Assembly (NCBI GenBank): GCA_964016885.1
Contig: OZ024742.1
Coordinates: 324,942,001 to 325,006,000 of the forward strand
Reading direction: 5' to 3'
Length of the DNA: 64,000 bases
Origin: Eledone cirrhosa
Lineage: Eukaryota
The position numbers and the translations under genes were made by a program. A model generated the notes under the pieces. The model made no database searches. It had not been told where the DNA came from and saw only the letters and a list, made by a program, of their open reading frames with translations. Below are positions 34,030 to 48,904 of the stretch, piece after piece. The first letter of the stretch is position 1, and each line of letters begins with the position of its first letter.

Positions 34030-37000
34030 TACAGCGTGATAATGCCACACAAAAATCACGTGGAGTGACAAAACCACCGGAGGCGATGAATTCACCGGTG
34101 GTTATGTAACCATACATTCGCCAATCCTCGATAAGAGTGTTTAAATGTCGAACCTAAACAGTTCGAATAACGGTGAAATGGAGACTAGAATGTCATGTGA
34201 CAGACTGTCAACCAAATACTGCTGGTGTCGGAGGAAGAAGAAGAAGGAAAGGGACCAGAACCAACTGGACGAAAGAATTGAATAGAACTGTTATGCAATG
34301 TTACCTGAAGAGTAACCCCAAGGAGAAAGGCTATAGGAAACGGATGCATAACATCTGGAACGAGATTGGTCTATTTCAATTAGATGAACAAAAATTGGTA
34401 ATAAGATCTAATGGGTGGATAAGCGAGCTGGAACTGGCGGAACTAAGCAGAGAGATTAGCTTGGAGATGGAGGGTGGAGTATGCCAGGCAAACGAGCCAG
34501 TGGGAAATGAAGGTGAAGAGGTCGAGAGAACGGAGGAACCACCCGAAGCAGACAATGATCTGAATGCTGAGATAAATAATACCTGGAACAGAGATACGGC
34601 CACTGAGGAGATGAATGCTCATGGGCTCGGACAAGATTTGGTTGATATCCTAAACTTAGTGGTAGATGAATTCAACAATGATAGTGGGAGTCCTATGAAC
34701 CTAAGATTTGTAGACAGGAAAAAGTTAAAAGAAACAACAGATAAGGTAAACAAAGTCATCCCATACCTTGAGGCGAGGAGCCTTCACCAGTGCAACAATA
34801 TCCTCAAAGCAACAGCAAATACGGTGAGGAAACTACTTGGTATAAAAGCGAGAGGAAACAACAGACAAGAAAGAGCAGAGCCTTGGTGGAAGAAACGACT
34901 GAGTGGTCAAATCAGGGAAATGAGAAATGACATTGGAAAGCTTGAGTCCCTACTGAATGGGACACTAAAAAACATAGATACTAAAAATAGACTGGAAATA
35001 AAGTACAAAACTAGGAGGAAAAAGCTAAATATTATCATAGAGGAACTGAAGCAACGCATTGTAGCAAAGAGTGCAAAAATCAGGCGATACGAGAACAGAG
35101 TCAGTCAGTATAGACAGAACCGCATGTTCGACAACAACCAGAAGATGCTGTTTGGAGAGCTTGAAGGGAAAGAAAGAGGCAAAGACTTGATCCCTGAGGC
35201 GGAACAAACTAAAACATTCTGGAGAGGAATATGGGAGCAGGATGTTAAACATAATGACCAGGCAGTGTGGATTGAGACAGTACAGAAGGGGATCGGTGAG
35301 CAGGCACACCAACAAACTGATTTAAGTATCACAGTTGAAACTCTTAAGGGGCAGGCCAACAAACTAACCAACTGGAAATCACCAGGCCCAGATTGTGTGC
35401 AGGGGTATTGGATTAAAATATAACATCCCTCCACCCGAAACTGACAACCATGTTCAATGACTGCTTGATGTCAGGTGAGGTAGCAGAGTGGTTGACAAAA
35501 GGTACCACAGTTCTGATAATGAAAGACCGAATCAAGGGTAATGATGTTACCAACTATAGACCTATCACATGTCTGTCCGTAATGTGGAAACTGTTGACAG
35601 GCATTATGTCTGAGGAAATCTACCATCACCTCCACACAAACAACTTGTTACCGGACGAAGGGAAAGGATGCCGAAAGAAGTCACGTGGTACAAAGGACCA
35701 GTTACTTATTGATAAGATAGTAATGAGGAATTGCAAGAGGAGACACACTGGTCTTGCCATGGGATGGATAGACTACAAAAAGGCATTTGACATGGTGCCT
35801 CATTCTTGGATCACCAAAAGCCTGGAGATCTGCAAGGTGGCAGATAACATCAGGCAGTTGTTGTGCAAAAGTATGAAGTCCTTTGGAAACAGAGTTAACA
35901 TCAACTGGAGTATCCTTGGGAAGCGTGAAGATCAAGAGAGGTATCTTCCAGGGAGATAGTCTGTCCCCTCTGTTGTTTGTCCTTGCCCTGATGCCCCTGA
36001 CCAGTGTACTGCGAAAAGTGAAAGCAGGATACAGGTTGGGAAAGGGAGGGCTTACCATCAATCACCTCCACTTCATGGACGATCTTAAGCTCTTCGGGAA
36101 AAGTGAGAAGGAGTTGGATGTGATGTTGACACTGTCCGTATTTTCAGCAATGATATATGTATGCAATTTGGTATTAGTAAGTGTGGAGTCATTGTGATGA
36201 AGAGCGATAAGTTGAGCAGAGTAACGGAATCCAGGTGCCAACAGGTGATATGATAAAGGAAATTGACTCTGAAGAAGGTAACAAGTATTTGGGCGTTCTG
36301 GAGGCTGATGACATCAAGAACAAAAAAGTGAAGGAATTGATAAGAACTGAATACATTCGGAGAGTAAGGAGTGTATTGAAGTCACATCTGAACAGTAGGA
36401 ATGCCATAAGTGCAGTAAATTCCCGAGCTGTTTCTATTATTAGGTACAGTGCGCGAATTCTGAAATGGAATGTTGCTGAGCAAAAAGAAATGGATAGGAA
36501 GACTAGGAAGCTATTGACTATCTACAACATGTTCCACAAGAGGAGTGATGTCGATAGACTCTACTTAAGGAGATCTGAAGGTGGAAGAGGTCTTATAAGC
36601 ATAGAGGACTGTGTTCAGATGGAGAAAAAAACCTACACAAATACGTGACTGATAGTAAGGAGACCTGTACTGAAGGAGGGGACAATAGGCCAGGGGATGT
36701 CCAAGCAGGAAATAACATCAAGGAGAAAAAGCAGCCTTCATGAAAAATCCCTTCATAGTACCTTCTTTGAGAAAACTGAATTTAGAGATCCACAGACATG
36801 GAACTGGTTGAAAAGAGGAAACCTTAAAAAGGCTACAGAAGGAATGTTAATGGCTGCGCAGGAGCAGGCCCTCAAAACGAAGTGGTTGAAACACCATATT
36901 TACAAGGAGGAGGCTAGCCCACCGTGCAGGATCTGTGGAGAGAGTGAGAGGAGACTGTGGCTCACATTGTATCCGAGTGTAAACACCTAGCCCAGACTCA

Positions 37001-37575
37001 CTATAAGGGCTGGAGACATGATGTGATGGGCAGGCTGATCCACTGGCACCTATGCAAAGTAAACAATTTACCACATCCCGAGAAGTGGTATGAGCATAAG
37101 CCAGAGGCGGTGATAAAAAAAGATCAGGTGAAGGTGCTGTGGGATTTTAGGATACAGACGGACAAGAAACTTGTACACAATAGACCTGACCTGGTAGTTT
37201 TGGACAAAGAAAAAAGATCGTGTCTGATTGTGGATGTGGCCTGCCCATTCGACACGAAAGTGCAAGAGAAGGAGAGGGAGAAAATTAACCGATACCAAGA
37301 CTTAAAGTGGGAGGTAAAAAGGATTTGGAACTGCCATGAAGTCAAAGTGATCCCGATTGTCATAGGTGCACTAGGGACTATCTCAAAAAGTTTCCAGGGA
37401 TGGTTAAAGAAAATTGGCCCCTTCACGCTTTTTGGAACGCTTCAAAAGGCATGCTTGCTGGTAACAGCAAGAACCCTCCGACACGTCCTGAATATCTGAG
37501 GCTGCAGGTAGTGGCTTGATATTCATTTCAACAAACTTTCCAGTTAACTAACATCAATGACTGAGACTCAAGGAG
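34030..37575 (+). mobile_element. near-full-length, frameshifted R4/Dong-type non-LTR retrotransposon with (TAA)n tail; 5' boundary uncertain
   Basis: ORF pieces 34173-37499 contain WTKELNRTVMQCY...GYRKRM, WKSPGPD, NYRPITCL, WIDYKKAFDMVPH, GIFQGDSLSP, FMDDLKLF, CRICG...HIVSEC, RHD and NRPDLVV...DVACPFD. Confidence 0.95.
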
Positions 37576-37619
37576 TAATAACAATAATAATAATAGTAGT
37601 AATAATAATAATAATAATA

Positions 37620-37998
37620 TAGACCTGACCTGGTGGTTGTGGACAAAGAAAAAAGATCGTGTCTGATTGTGGATGTGGCCTGCCCTTTCGACACGAGAGT
37701 GCAAGAGAAGGAGAGGGAGAAAATTAACCGATACCAGGACCTAAAGTGGGAGGTGAAAAGGATTTGGAACTGCCATGAAGTCAAAGTGATCCCGATTGTC
37801 ATAGGCGCACTGTTTCCAGGGATGGTTAAAGAAAATCGGCCCCTTCACGCTTTTTGGAACGCTTCAAAAGGCATGCTTGCTTGGAACAGCAAGAACCCTC
37901 CGATACGTCCTGAATATCTGAGGCTGCAGGTAGTGGCTTGATATTCATTCCAACGGACTTTCCAGTTAACCAACATCAATGACTGTGATTCAAGGAAT
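37620..37998 (+). mobile_element. 5'-truncated sibling copy of the same Dong-type element, lying in its (TAA)n tail
   Basis: Near-identical to 37182-37575 with substitutions and a short deletion. Confidence 0.9.
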
Positions 37999-38019
37999 AA
38001 CAACAATAATAATAATAAA

Positions 38020-38496
38020 TGATATAATATTGAAGGACTTTAATGATATAATATTGAAGGACTTTAAAAAGAGGGTATGCCTGCTAATTGATATGTCCGT
38101 TCCAATAGACAAGAATGTATCTATAAAAACATTTGAAAAATTGAGCAAGTATAAGGACCTGGAGATAGAAATTGGAAAAATGTGGAAATTGAGAACTAAA
38201 ACAATACCAGTGGTTTTAGGCGCTCTAGGAATGATACCTAAGGGGTCTAATGATTACTTGTCGCAAATCCCAGTAAACCCGCGTATAGGAGAAATACAAA
38301 ATATAGTACTAATGGGAACTGCCCATATATTAAGGAAGATTCTGTCAATATAAGTACATCACAAGTCTAAACACTAAAGATGCATGTGTGAGTATGTATG
38401 TTCTTTCTTGAACATGGCGGACCTTGTTGTCTCTTGAGGTCACTGGTTGTGACTTGGTGATAACTCGTATGAACATAAAGCAAGATAAATGCAACT

Positions 38497-38583
<87 letters not shown>

Positions 38584-38869
38584 CAATACCAGTGGTTGTA
38601 GGCGCTCTGGGAATGATACCTAAGGGGTCTAACGACTACTTATCGCAAATCCCAGGAAACCCGCGTATAGGAGAAATACAAAAGATAGTACTAATGGGAA
38701 CTGCCCATATACTAAGGAAGATCCTGTCAATATAAGTACATCACAAGTCTAAACACTAAGGATGCATGTGTGAATATGTGTGTTCTTTCTTGAACATGGC
38801 GGACCTTGTTGTCTCTTGAGGTCACTGGTTGTGACTTGGTGATAACTCGTATAAACATAAAGCAAGATA

Positions 38870-38870
<1 letters not shown>
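38020..38870 (+). mobile_element. two 5'-truncated copies of a second Dong-type family separated by (TAA)n
   Basis: RLE C-terminus LIDMSVPID...EKLSKYKDLEIE...IPVVLGALG...GTAHILRKILSI. 38581-38870 repeats about 38200-38490. Both have (TAA)n tails. Confidence 0.9.
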
Positions 38871-38925
<55 letters not shown>

Positions 38926-38942
38926 TATACATATATATATAT

Positions 38943-39250
38943 AGTTAAATCTTAGACAAGAACAAAAACAGAGAGTCAGTGCAAAAAGTGGTTCTTTAGG
39001 TCCACACTTTTGATATATTTATATATCAAAGTATATATTGAGTTAGAAACTAATAAACGTCCCTTACAATTAAAATTAGCTCAAGGAAAAAAATGTTCAA
39101 TATAAAGAGAGAAAAACACAGATATATACACATCTGTATTCAGATTATAAGTTTATAGTTAGCATTCTATTCAACCTAGCGAATTCTGGTCCCTTATAAT
39201 CTGAATACAGATGTTTATATATCTGTGTTTTCTCTCTTTATATTGAATTA
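38943..39250. repeat. small fold-back remnant between (TA)n tracts
   Basis: Inverted arms of about 55 bp at 39096-39151 and 39193-39247. Confidence 0.65.
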
Positions 39251-39270
39251 TATATATATATATATATATT

Positions 39271-41242
39271 TAATACAATAACAGAGATAGCTTAAAACTA
39301 AACTCCGACTGGCAACCATCTCACTCAACAAACATTAGGTTATATGTTAGTATAAACCCAATTTAAGTGTTTGGATGATAACTATAGGTATTTTGTGGAA
39401 CGCCAGTTGTATTATTTTATGAGATATAATTAAAGTTAAAATATATCTCTCTTTCCAAACAATTGTTTCATTATAAGTTATCTACAAATTGGGAGAATGT
39501 TTTCAGTTTATGTAGAAGCCTAACATATATTCATGTAAGAATATATTTAGGTGGGCACTTATAAATCTTCAGTGGAAGCTCATTAAACTTTGATATCAGA
39601 AAAAATTCTTACCGCAGTTAAAAATCGTGTCCGCTAAGCTGCTCCTTGACGCATCGAATGACCGCCAAATTTGAAATTCCAGCAGTCTATAGACTGAGGA
39701 AGTTTCATAGGGTCACGAAGCCGGAAAGGGAGACAACCACGATTCACGAGAAAATAAAATAATATTAACGTGGATTAATTAGTTTTTTCAAACACATTAT
39801 CAATCCAACGTGTTAAGAACTCAATTGAAATAAAAAAAATAAATGTATGCGTGTATTAATTACACACGCATATAGATATTTTCTTAGGCTAAAAACAGAA
39901 GTGATACCTAAAATACCAGACCGCATCTCACAACCGCAGTAAATACGGAAAGTTACGCTTTAAAGGCGATTGGGAATGTAAATCTCTGGCCAAATTAAGA
40001 GTAAAATATTTAATACACGCGGGTTAATTAGTTATTTCAAAACTATTATCAATTCCACGTGTTAAGAACTCAATTAATTAAAAAAAATAAATGTATGCAT
40101 GTAATTATTACACACGCATATATATATTTTCTTAGGCTAAAAACCGAGAAGTGACAACCAAAAACCTCCACATCTCACAACAGCAATAAATACGGAAAGT
40201 CATGTTTATCAGGTACCTGGAAATAAATACCTCTGGCCAAATCAAGAGTAAAATATTTAATACAATAACTGAGATAGCTTAAAGCTAAACTCCGACAGGT
40301 AACCATCTCACTCAACAAACATTAGGTTATATGTTAGTATAGACCCAATTTAAGTGTTTGGATGATAACTATAGGTATTTTGTGGAAAGCCAGTTGTATT
40401 ATTTTATGAGATATAATTAAAGTTAAAATATATCTCTCTTTCCAAACAATTGTTTCATTATAAGTTATCTACAAATTGGGAGAATGTTTCCAGTTTATGT
40501 AGAAGCCTAACATATATTCATGTAAGAATATATTTAGGTGGGCACTTATAAATCTTCAGTGGAAGCCCATTAAACTTTGATATCAGAAAAAATTCTTACC
40601 GCAGTTAAAAATCGTGTCCGCTAAGCTGCTCCTTCACGCATCGAATGACCGCCAAATTTGAAATTCCAGCAGTCTATAGACTGAGGAAGTTTCATAGCGT
40701 CACGAAGCGGGAAGGGAGACAACCACGATTCACGAGAAAAGAAAATAATATTAACGTCGGTTAATTAGTTTTTTCAAAAACATTATCAATCCAACGTGTT
40801 AAGAACTCAATTGAAATTAAAAAAATAAATGTATGCGTGTATTAATTACACACGCATATAGATATTTTCTTAGGCTAAAAACAGAAGTGATACCTAAAAT
40901 AACAGACCGCATCTCACAACCGCAGTAAATACGAAGAGTTACGCTTTAAAGGCGATTGGGAATGTAAATCTCTGGCCAAATTAAGAGTAAAATATTTAAT
41001 ACACGCGGGTTAATTAGTTATTTCAAAACTATTATCAATTCCACGTGTTAAGAACTCAATTAATTTAAAAAAATAAATGTATACATGTAATTATTACACA
41101 CGCATATATATATTTTCTTAGGCTAAAAACAGAGAAGTGACAACCAAAAACCTCCACATCTCACAACAGCAATAAATACGGAAAGTCATGTTTATAAGGT
41201 ATCTGGAAATAAATAGCTCTGGCCAAATCAAGAGTAAAATAT
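39271..41242. repeat. two tandem copies of a 987-bp unit with internal subrepeats of about 250 bp
   Basis: TAATACAATAAC at 39271 and 40258. The units are colinear with scattered substitutions. Confidence 0.9.
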
Positions 41243-41694
41243 GGTATATATATATATATATATTTGTGTGTGTATGTCTGTGTATATGTATACACGCGCC
41301 CAAAATTCTATTAAATCAGATATTAGATTCTTCGATGATTAATGTATATCTTCTAGTGATAAGCCCTGGCTGATCAGACACATGGTCGTCTTCTCTAGTC
41401 ATAATGACCCCGCATTTACTTCCTTAATTTGTGTCCACGACCGTATTATTCTAAACATCACGCCTACTGCTATGTCCATATGATTTGACTGAATCATTTA
41501 GAGCGGCGAATTGCCACGAGATTGATATAAATAATGAGGACATTATCAATTTAAATACAATAAACTTCACACAAGAATAAAAAAAAGTTGGATTAACACG
41601 TTGTTCTTAATTCGCTGAAACCATAATGTTTGTCTGCATGCCTAGACAGCTAGAGTTAACACCATATATTACCACCCATATGACAAATCCCATA

Positions 41695-41910
41695 TAGCGA
41701 TGTGGCTTGGTACAGTAAAAAACGTTCCTCATAATGCTTTCCGGTATTTAGGTACAGCTTTGTTCTAAGTTCAATTCCTATCAAAGTCGGCTACTCTTGT
41801 TGTCCATTTTGGGTCGATAAAATAAAACACTAATGATATACTGGCGTCAGAGTAATCTACGTTTTCTAGCACCCCAAATGGTAGCCTTAAGTATATGTTA
41901 GAAACCATTA
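41695..41910 (+). mobile_element. old diverged SINE copy (further old copies at about 44270-44390 and 44420-44625)
   Basis: AGTTCAATTCC B box, GGGTCGATAAAATAAA core and TTAGAAAC end. Confidence 0.6.
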
Positions 41911-42411
41911 TGATAGCACCCAGTGTTCGATGTTAGTCGAGAACATATAATATATATATATATATGGGGCGAGAGAGAGAAAGTGATAGATATGTGCGTA
42001 TGTAAACACATACGTACATACACTTATGTATGTACGTACGTAAGTGTGTGTGTATGTATGTATGTATGTAGGTAGGTAGTAGATATGTATGTATATTTTT
42101 TTGTGAGAGTTGCAGTTGGCAGAATAACAATGAAGCCAGTAGGAATCACTCGGGTTATAAATAGCATAACATTTCGTTCATTTTCCAGACGCCATTTTAC
42201 CAATATTTTATGACATTTCACCATTATCATGAACTCCACAGACCGTAATAAAGGCGTCAATAAAAAGTATCGCGTCGTATTCAATCTCAACTGTGGAATT
42301 ATTTACTTTACACCTGATATATATATATGTGTGTATGTATGTGTGTGTGTGTGTGTGTGTATAAATACACACACACTCTCTCTCACAGACACACACACAC
42401 ATACACACACT

Positions 42412-42452
<41 letters not shown>

Positions 42453-42822
42453 GTCATAGATACACATAGATGTACAAACACACTCTGTAGAACACGCACA
42501 CCCATGTTCACACGATCATATTAACTATTACAATAACGTAAAATCCTGTTATTTCCATTAACATGAACATATTAAGTCACTTGATATGCTATGTACACGA
42601 AGCGCGTCTTTTTCAGTATTTAGATATTTTGATGTCTTTCTAAATTATGACGTACATTGCTAGTTTCGATATCAACCCCCACCCCCTATTCTCATTTAAT
42701 TTAATTTACAGAACACACATGGCTTCTACAAGACTAGAACTGTTTCATATTAAATATAAATATTCTGCTGTGTCTTGATTACCTTAGTTACTGTGGTTAC
42801 CCCGATTGAACCCGGGATAAAC

Positions 42823-42885
<63 letters not shown>

Positions 42886-42888
<3 letters not shown>

Positions 42889-43042
42889 TATCCCGGGTTC
42901 AATCGGGTCCAGAATTAGCCGTCGAAACGGCTTGAGCTCAGCCGTCGTGGTCCTATTCGTTCCTATTACCCACTCTACTACCCTAAGTATTGAGTACTTT
43001 GGTGCGTTATGGTCCACCTAGTTCCTTACCACGTTTCCTTCG

Positions 43043-43044
<2 letters not shown>
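42886..43044 (+). mobile_element. solo PLE terminus between (TA)n tracts
   Basis: 42908-43044 is similar to 3824-3948. 42886-42907 is an inverted copy of 42801-42822. Confidence 0.7.
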
Positions 43045-43093
<49 letters not shown>

Positions 43094-43118
43094 TATACAT
43101 ATCTCTCTATATATATAT

Positions 43119-43210
<92 letters not shown>

Positions 43211-43213
43211 CGT

Positions 43214-43277
<64 letters not shown>

Positions 43278-43764
43278 ACGTTATATATACATACATTCTT
43301 TCTGACTTGACCATTACCACGTCACAGTTCTTAGCCATTTTGAAATCGTGTCTGGCGAGGATCATTTAAGAAAATGTCCAAGTGAGTTTGTTTCCCGATG
43401 ATTTCGAAGCTCGGGAATTTATGCTTGATCGGATATTTCCCAAAGCGAATGAAACCCTAAAGTGTAGAAACGTAATCCTGGTATGTGTATATGCATTTTT
43501 TCTTCTAACTTTAATTTTATACCTAATTGTGTATGGTTGACGATATATTTAATCGATTTCCACGTGCTATTGAAATGCTGGGTAAATATTCTATATCTGT
43601 TGATCGCGAATAGATGGCTGTCGTTTATTTATCTATTATTTATTTATAGGTGCCTTTTAATCTTGTAGGCTGGTTTAACTGGCTTTTTGTGTGGTCGATT
43701 ATGCTGATTGGGAGAGGAAATCGTGTATATATCCTATCAAATGATTCTATGGACATAATTTATA

Positions 43765-43822
<58 letters not shown>

Positions 43823-45000
43823 CGTCTAGCTTAGTGCATTAGGCTTACGATCGTAAGGTCATGAGGTTGCGTGTTGATTCCTTCAGAAATATACTATTTC
43901 AGTCAGCTTGTACATTGTGTTGTAATAATTATTACTGTTTAGTCTCTCAGATAGATAATAACGTTAAAGGTAAGCGTGTATTTAGAATGCACAGACACGG
44001 ACACGTTAATTTCAGGAGCGGGATGTTCCTTTCTTCGCTGGTCCAACATAAATATAAATTATCTGTTTCCCATCACAAGCCTGTCTTTACTATAATTTAT
44101 CCGTAGAACCAGACTGGGTAAACCTATGCTCAATGCATCTTCAACAAGTGCGTTTGAGGTACTTTTTCATCATGAGGTACTTTTTCAAACATAATCACTT
44201 ATATTTTAGTGGATTGTCAGTATTATTAGAGCTTCTATGTTCTTTGTTCAAATAGTGTCAAGGCTCAATGGCTATTTTGAATTTCATACTTCCAGGTCGA
44301 TAATAGAAAGTACCACTCAAATATTAGGAGTTATATAATCAACTTGCCACGTGTCTGAAATTGCTTGAATTGTGTCTAAATTAGGAATTTATATTTAGGT
44401 GATAGAGATATTAGATCGATAGAATCAATAGAATATCGTACAAAATGCATCGTGCTATTTGTTTTCGGCCTTCACATTCTAACTTCAAATATCGCCTAGG
44501 TAAAGCTTAAATTTCATTACTCCGGAGTTGATAAAATAAAATACCAGATATTACTGGGATCGATAAAAATCCGCTTTCACATCTCTTACTTAAATTGCTG
44601 ATTCTGGGCCTGAATTAGAATTGTGATTATTAAAGAGTTGACACAATTTCAATGGTGAAATAATTCTTTTCTGGTGCTTTGATTGATGCAGAGTTTTGAT
44701 TTGTTTGGCTTTTACTTCACACAGATTTAAAGGTTGTGGTGTATCAACTTGCTTTACCATTCACAGGGCGGCAAACATTCTGAATATTATACAACATTCC
44801 GATATACATGTGTACATATTTGAGTTGAAAAACATAGGTAGATACAAAAATTTGTTGCCATATATATATATATATATATACGTGTGTGTGTGTGTGTGTG
44901 GTGTATGTGTGCATGTGTGTGTGTGTATGTGTGTGTGCGTACGTGTTTGCATTCATGTATGTATATATATATTATATATAATATATATATATATATATAC

Positions 45001-45090
<90 letters not shown>

Positions 45091-46470
45091 ATATGTGTCC
45101 GTCTACAAGTGTACACGTCTTTATGAACGTATCTATAAACTAATGCGCGAATGTATGTATATTTCCAATATTATTCCTGCATGACGCTAAGAAGATGAAT
45201 GCTGTTGATAGCTTTAAACACGGATATTCTTATATATGAATTGTGAACATCCTTAAATAAAATATCCAATGACTGATTGTTACTAATGGTTACATTGTTT
45301 ACACTCATCACTCATTACAGTTGATACCAAATATGCTTCTCACAAATACGACTGCATTTCCTAATTTGATTCTAATGTATCGGCGTCTAATCTACCTTGT
45401 TCTGTAAAGCAAATCAATTTGTTTAGTAGCCTTACTAAATTGCCATCGTTTCTAAAGGGTTATCTCCAATTACCTTAATATACATTGCTAATAGATATAC
45501 TTAACTCTTTGCTTTGTTTTACTGGCTGAATATATACACTTTGTAACCCCTGAAATTTAATTACAAGAACTAGAGAAGTAAATCAATTGAGCCAGTCGTG
45601 GACGAATGAAACTTTTCATCGGAGTTCCTATTTATGATACTATCTGCCCGTTGCCAATTCCCTTAAATCGACGTTGGATTTGAACCCAGAATGCTCAGAG
45701 TCATATTCAATAACACAATGTATCACTGTTTAACACATCCTCTGGAGTGGTACTCGAAATGACGAAATACAAAGTAGGCCGCGGAAGAATCTGAACTTAC
45801 TGTGGGCAGTAATTACACTCATTGCCTAAGAACATATTCAAGATTAAACGAAGAAATCCGTAAACGATTGATTGTAGTAAACGGCAGTGAAATCTTTCTC
45901 ATATCTCACACTGTCCGTTTCGAAAAAGAAAGACTAAATCAGATAACATAATTTTAGTTGCATTATAGGGAAATCGGGATTTTCATAGCTGTAAATTTTT
46001 ATCATAGTTCTAGTTGTTCAGATTTAACATCGTGGGGGGCACCACACTGTTATTATATCCAATACGCTTTTCCAAATCCCTACTCTACGGAAACTGTGTC
46101 GAGATTTATCGAATCATTATGTAAACTAGTAGAAAAAACACCCTTCGGGTGGTTTTCTGCTAGCCTGTTTAGTATGCATATTGATATTATATGCAAGTAT
46201 ATATACAAGTTGATATGATACATCATATAAAATCGTAATTAACAATATACACAGAAATTGAAAGAAAACTGCGTTACACTATCTTATGTAATCAGTAACG
46301 TGATCCATGGACGGAAATATATGACTGTTTATTGAAGCGATCGCTAAACGGAAGTGTTGACATTTGAAAATTTTAAAGGAGTGAATCTTAAAATAAGCGA
46401 CAAAATTATTTATCAAGAATAACGAAATTTAGTAGATAAATTATGTAATATTCATTCATTTATCTCTCTC

Positions 46471-46547
<77 letters not shown>

Positions 46548-46551
46548 ATAT

Positions 46552-47040
46552 ATATATATATATAAGTATGTATACGTACATACATATATGTATACAGACG
46601 TACAGTAGTATGTATATATATATATACATACATGCACACATATATATATATGTACGTATTGATTCACCGAACATTTATTATAATGCTCGGTGTGTTTGTA
46701 AAGAAACATCCCGAATTAAGCCGTACAGTGTCTAGCAACCATCGTTGCTCATTTGTTCAACACTGACAAAGGAACGCTGTACTAGTTTCAAGCTTATTAG
46801 CTACCGTCAGCAACGTATACCTTCCTGCCAGATGATTGAACGTCTGAAAGTATATACTTTCCTTATGCATATTAACGGCTGAGCAGCCTAATTTGCATAT
46901 CGATTGAGTTAATCGGCCGGGGCACCGAAAACGATAAACGGAAAAAATGAAACGAAATTTCATTTCTCACTCTTAGTACGGATGTTACTTAAATATAAGT
47001 ATGTATACGTACATACATATATGTATACAGACGTACAATA

Positions 47041-47083
<43 letters not shown>

Positions 47084-47880
47084 CATGCAGACATATATAT
47101 ATATACGTATGGATTCACCGAACATTTATTATAATGCTCGGTGTGTTTGTAAACACACATCGCGAATTAAGCCGTACAGTGTCTAGCAACCATCGTTGCT
47201 CATTTGTTCAACACTGACAAAGGTACGCTGTACTAGTTTCAAGCTTATTACAGCGAGCATTATAATAAATGTTCGGTGAATCCATACGTACATATATATA
47301 TGTGTGCATGTATGTATGTATATATATATATATACATACTACTGTACGGCTGTATACATATATGTATGTACGTATACATACTTATATTTAAGTAACAGCT
47401 GTACTAAGAGTGAGAAATGAAATTTCGTTTCATTTTTTCCGTTTATCGTTTTCGGTGTCCCGGCCGATTAACTCACTCGATATGCAAATTATGCTTTTCA
47501 GTCGTTAATATGCATATGGAAAGTATACACTTTCAGACGTTCAATAATCTGGCAGGAAGGTATACGTTGCTGACGATAGCTAATAAGCTTGAAACTAGTA
47601 CAGCGTTCCTTTGTCAGTGTTGAACAAATGAGCAACGATGGTTGCTAGACACTGTACGGCTTAATACGGGATGTTTGTTTACAAACACACCGAGCATTAT
47701 AATAAATGTTCGGTGAATCCATACGTACATATATATATATGTGTATGTATGTATATATATATATATATATACATACTACTGTACGTCTGTATACATATAT
47801 GTATGTACGTATACATACTTATATTTAAGTAACAGCCGTACTAAGAGTGAGAAATGAAATTTCGCTTCATTTTTTCCGTT

Positions 47881-47882
<2 letters not shown>
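46552..47882. repeat. tandem repeat (unit about 435 bp) that switches orientation at about 47252
   Basis: Forward units start at 46563 and 46997, and reverse units at 47255 and 47692. Matching ORFs lie at 46757-46963 (-) and 47417-47623 (+). Confidence 0.9.
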
Positions 47883-47912
<30 letters not shown>

Positions 47913-48089
47913 GGAGTGTCGTGCAAGAAAAATTGCGTCTCTAGGCGTAATGCCGGGAGAGCACTCGATGCTCGCGCAGAGCAGAGTATATTACTATAAG
48001 AAGGAACAGAGAGTCAGTGTTTTATCATAACATATTTAATAACATATTACATGCATGTATACAGAATCTGACGAGATCATATACTTAAG

Positions 48090-48179
48090 CCTATCTGACG
48101 ATCTTTCGATTGAGAGTCAGGTTCAATCAACAGTAGGACGTTTCTCGACCTGATCGATAGTGAAACATATGTAATATGG
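48090..48179 (+). ncRNA. hammerhead motif with extended (60-nt) stem II, inside fold-back element 47912-48236
   Basis: CCUAU CUGACGA U-CUUUCGAUU...GAUCGAUAG-U GAAAC AUAU GUA AUAUGG, with palindromic stem III ACAUAUGU. Confidence 0.65.
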
Positions 48180-48268
48180 TATTAGATATGTTATGATGCA
48201 ACACTGAATCGTTTCTCCTTCATTCTTATAGTATATCTATATATACATATGTATATTATATATATATA

Positions 48269-48354
<86 letters not shown>

Positions 48355-48497
48355 TCGTTACAGGTAACCCAGTTAGAGGATGTGAGTGCTCTGCGTCGTG
48401 GCTAGTTTTAACCCACATGATCAACGAAACAATTGTCAGTACTTTAAATAAAGCCCTTATTGTACAGCCAACCATGTCAATCTTCATTCTTTAACTA

Positions 48498-48545
<48 letters not shown>

Positions 48546-48904
48546 AATATATATATATATATTTATATATATAAATATATATATATATAAATATATATAT
48601 ATATACATTTCTTGTGTAATCTCAACAGTTCATTAGAAATATCGCAGCCGTTCTTCAATTTATTTTTCTAATACCCTGTCTTGACTTTAAAAAAAACCCG
48701 TCTTCTTGTCCGACATTACTGAAAGAAAACCATAAAGATTTTATGAGGAAATATATCATTAAGCTTGGGTAACTTAATATATCACCGTTTCTGTGTAAGA
48801 ACGGAGTTATTTCAGATGATCAACGTATCTAAGATTTATTTGCTTCAATGGACTAAGATTCACGTCAACTAGACAGTGCTAAGAAAGTCACCGTAAAAAA
48901 AAAG

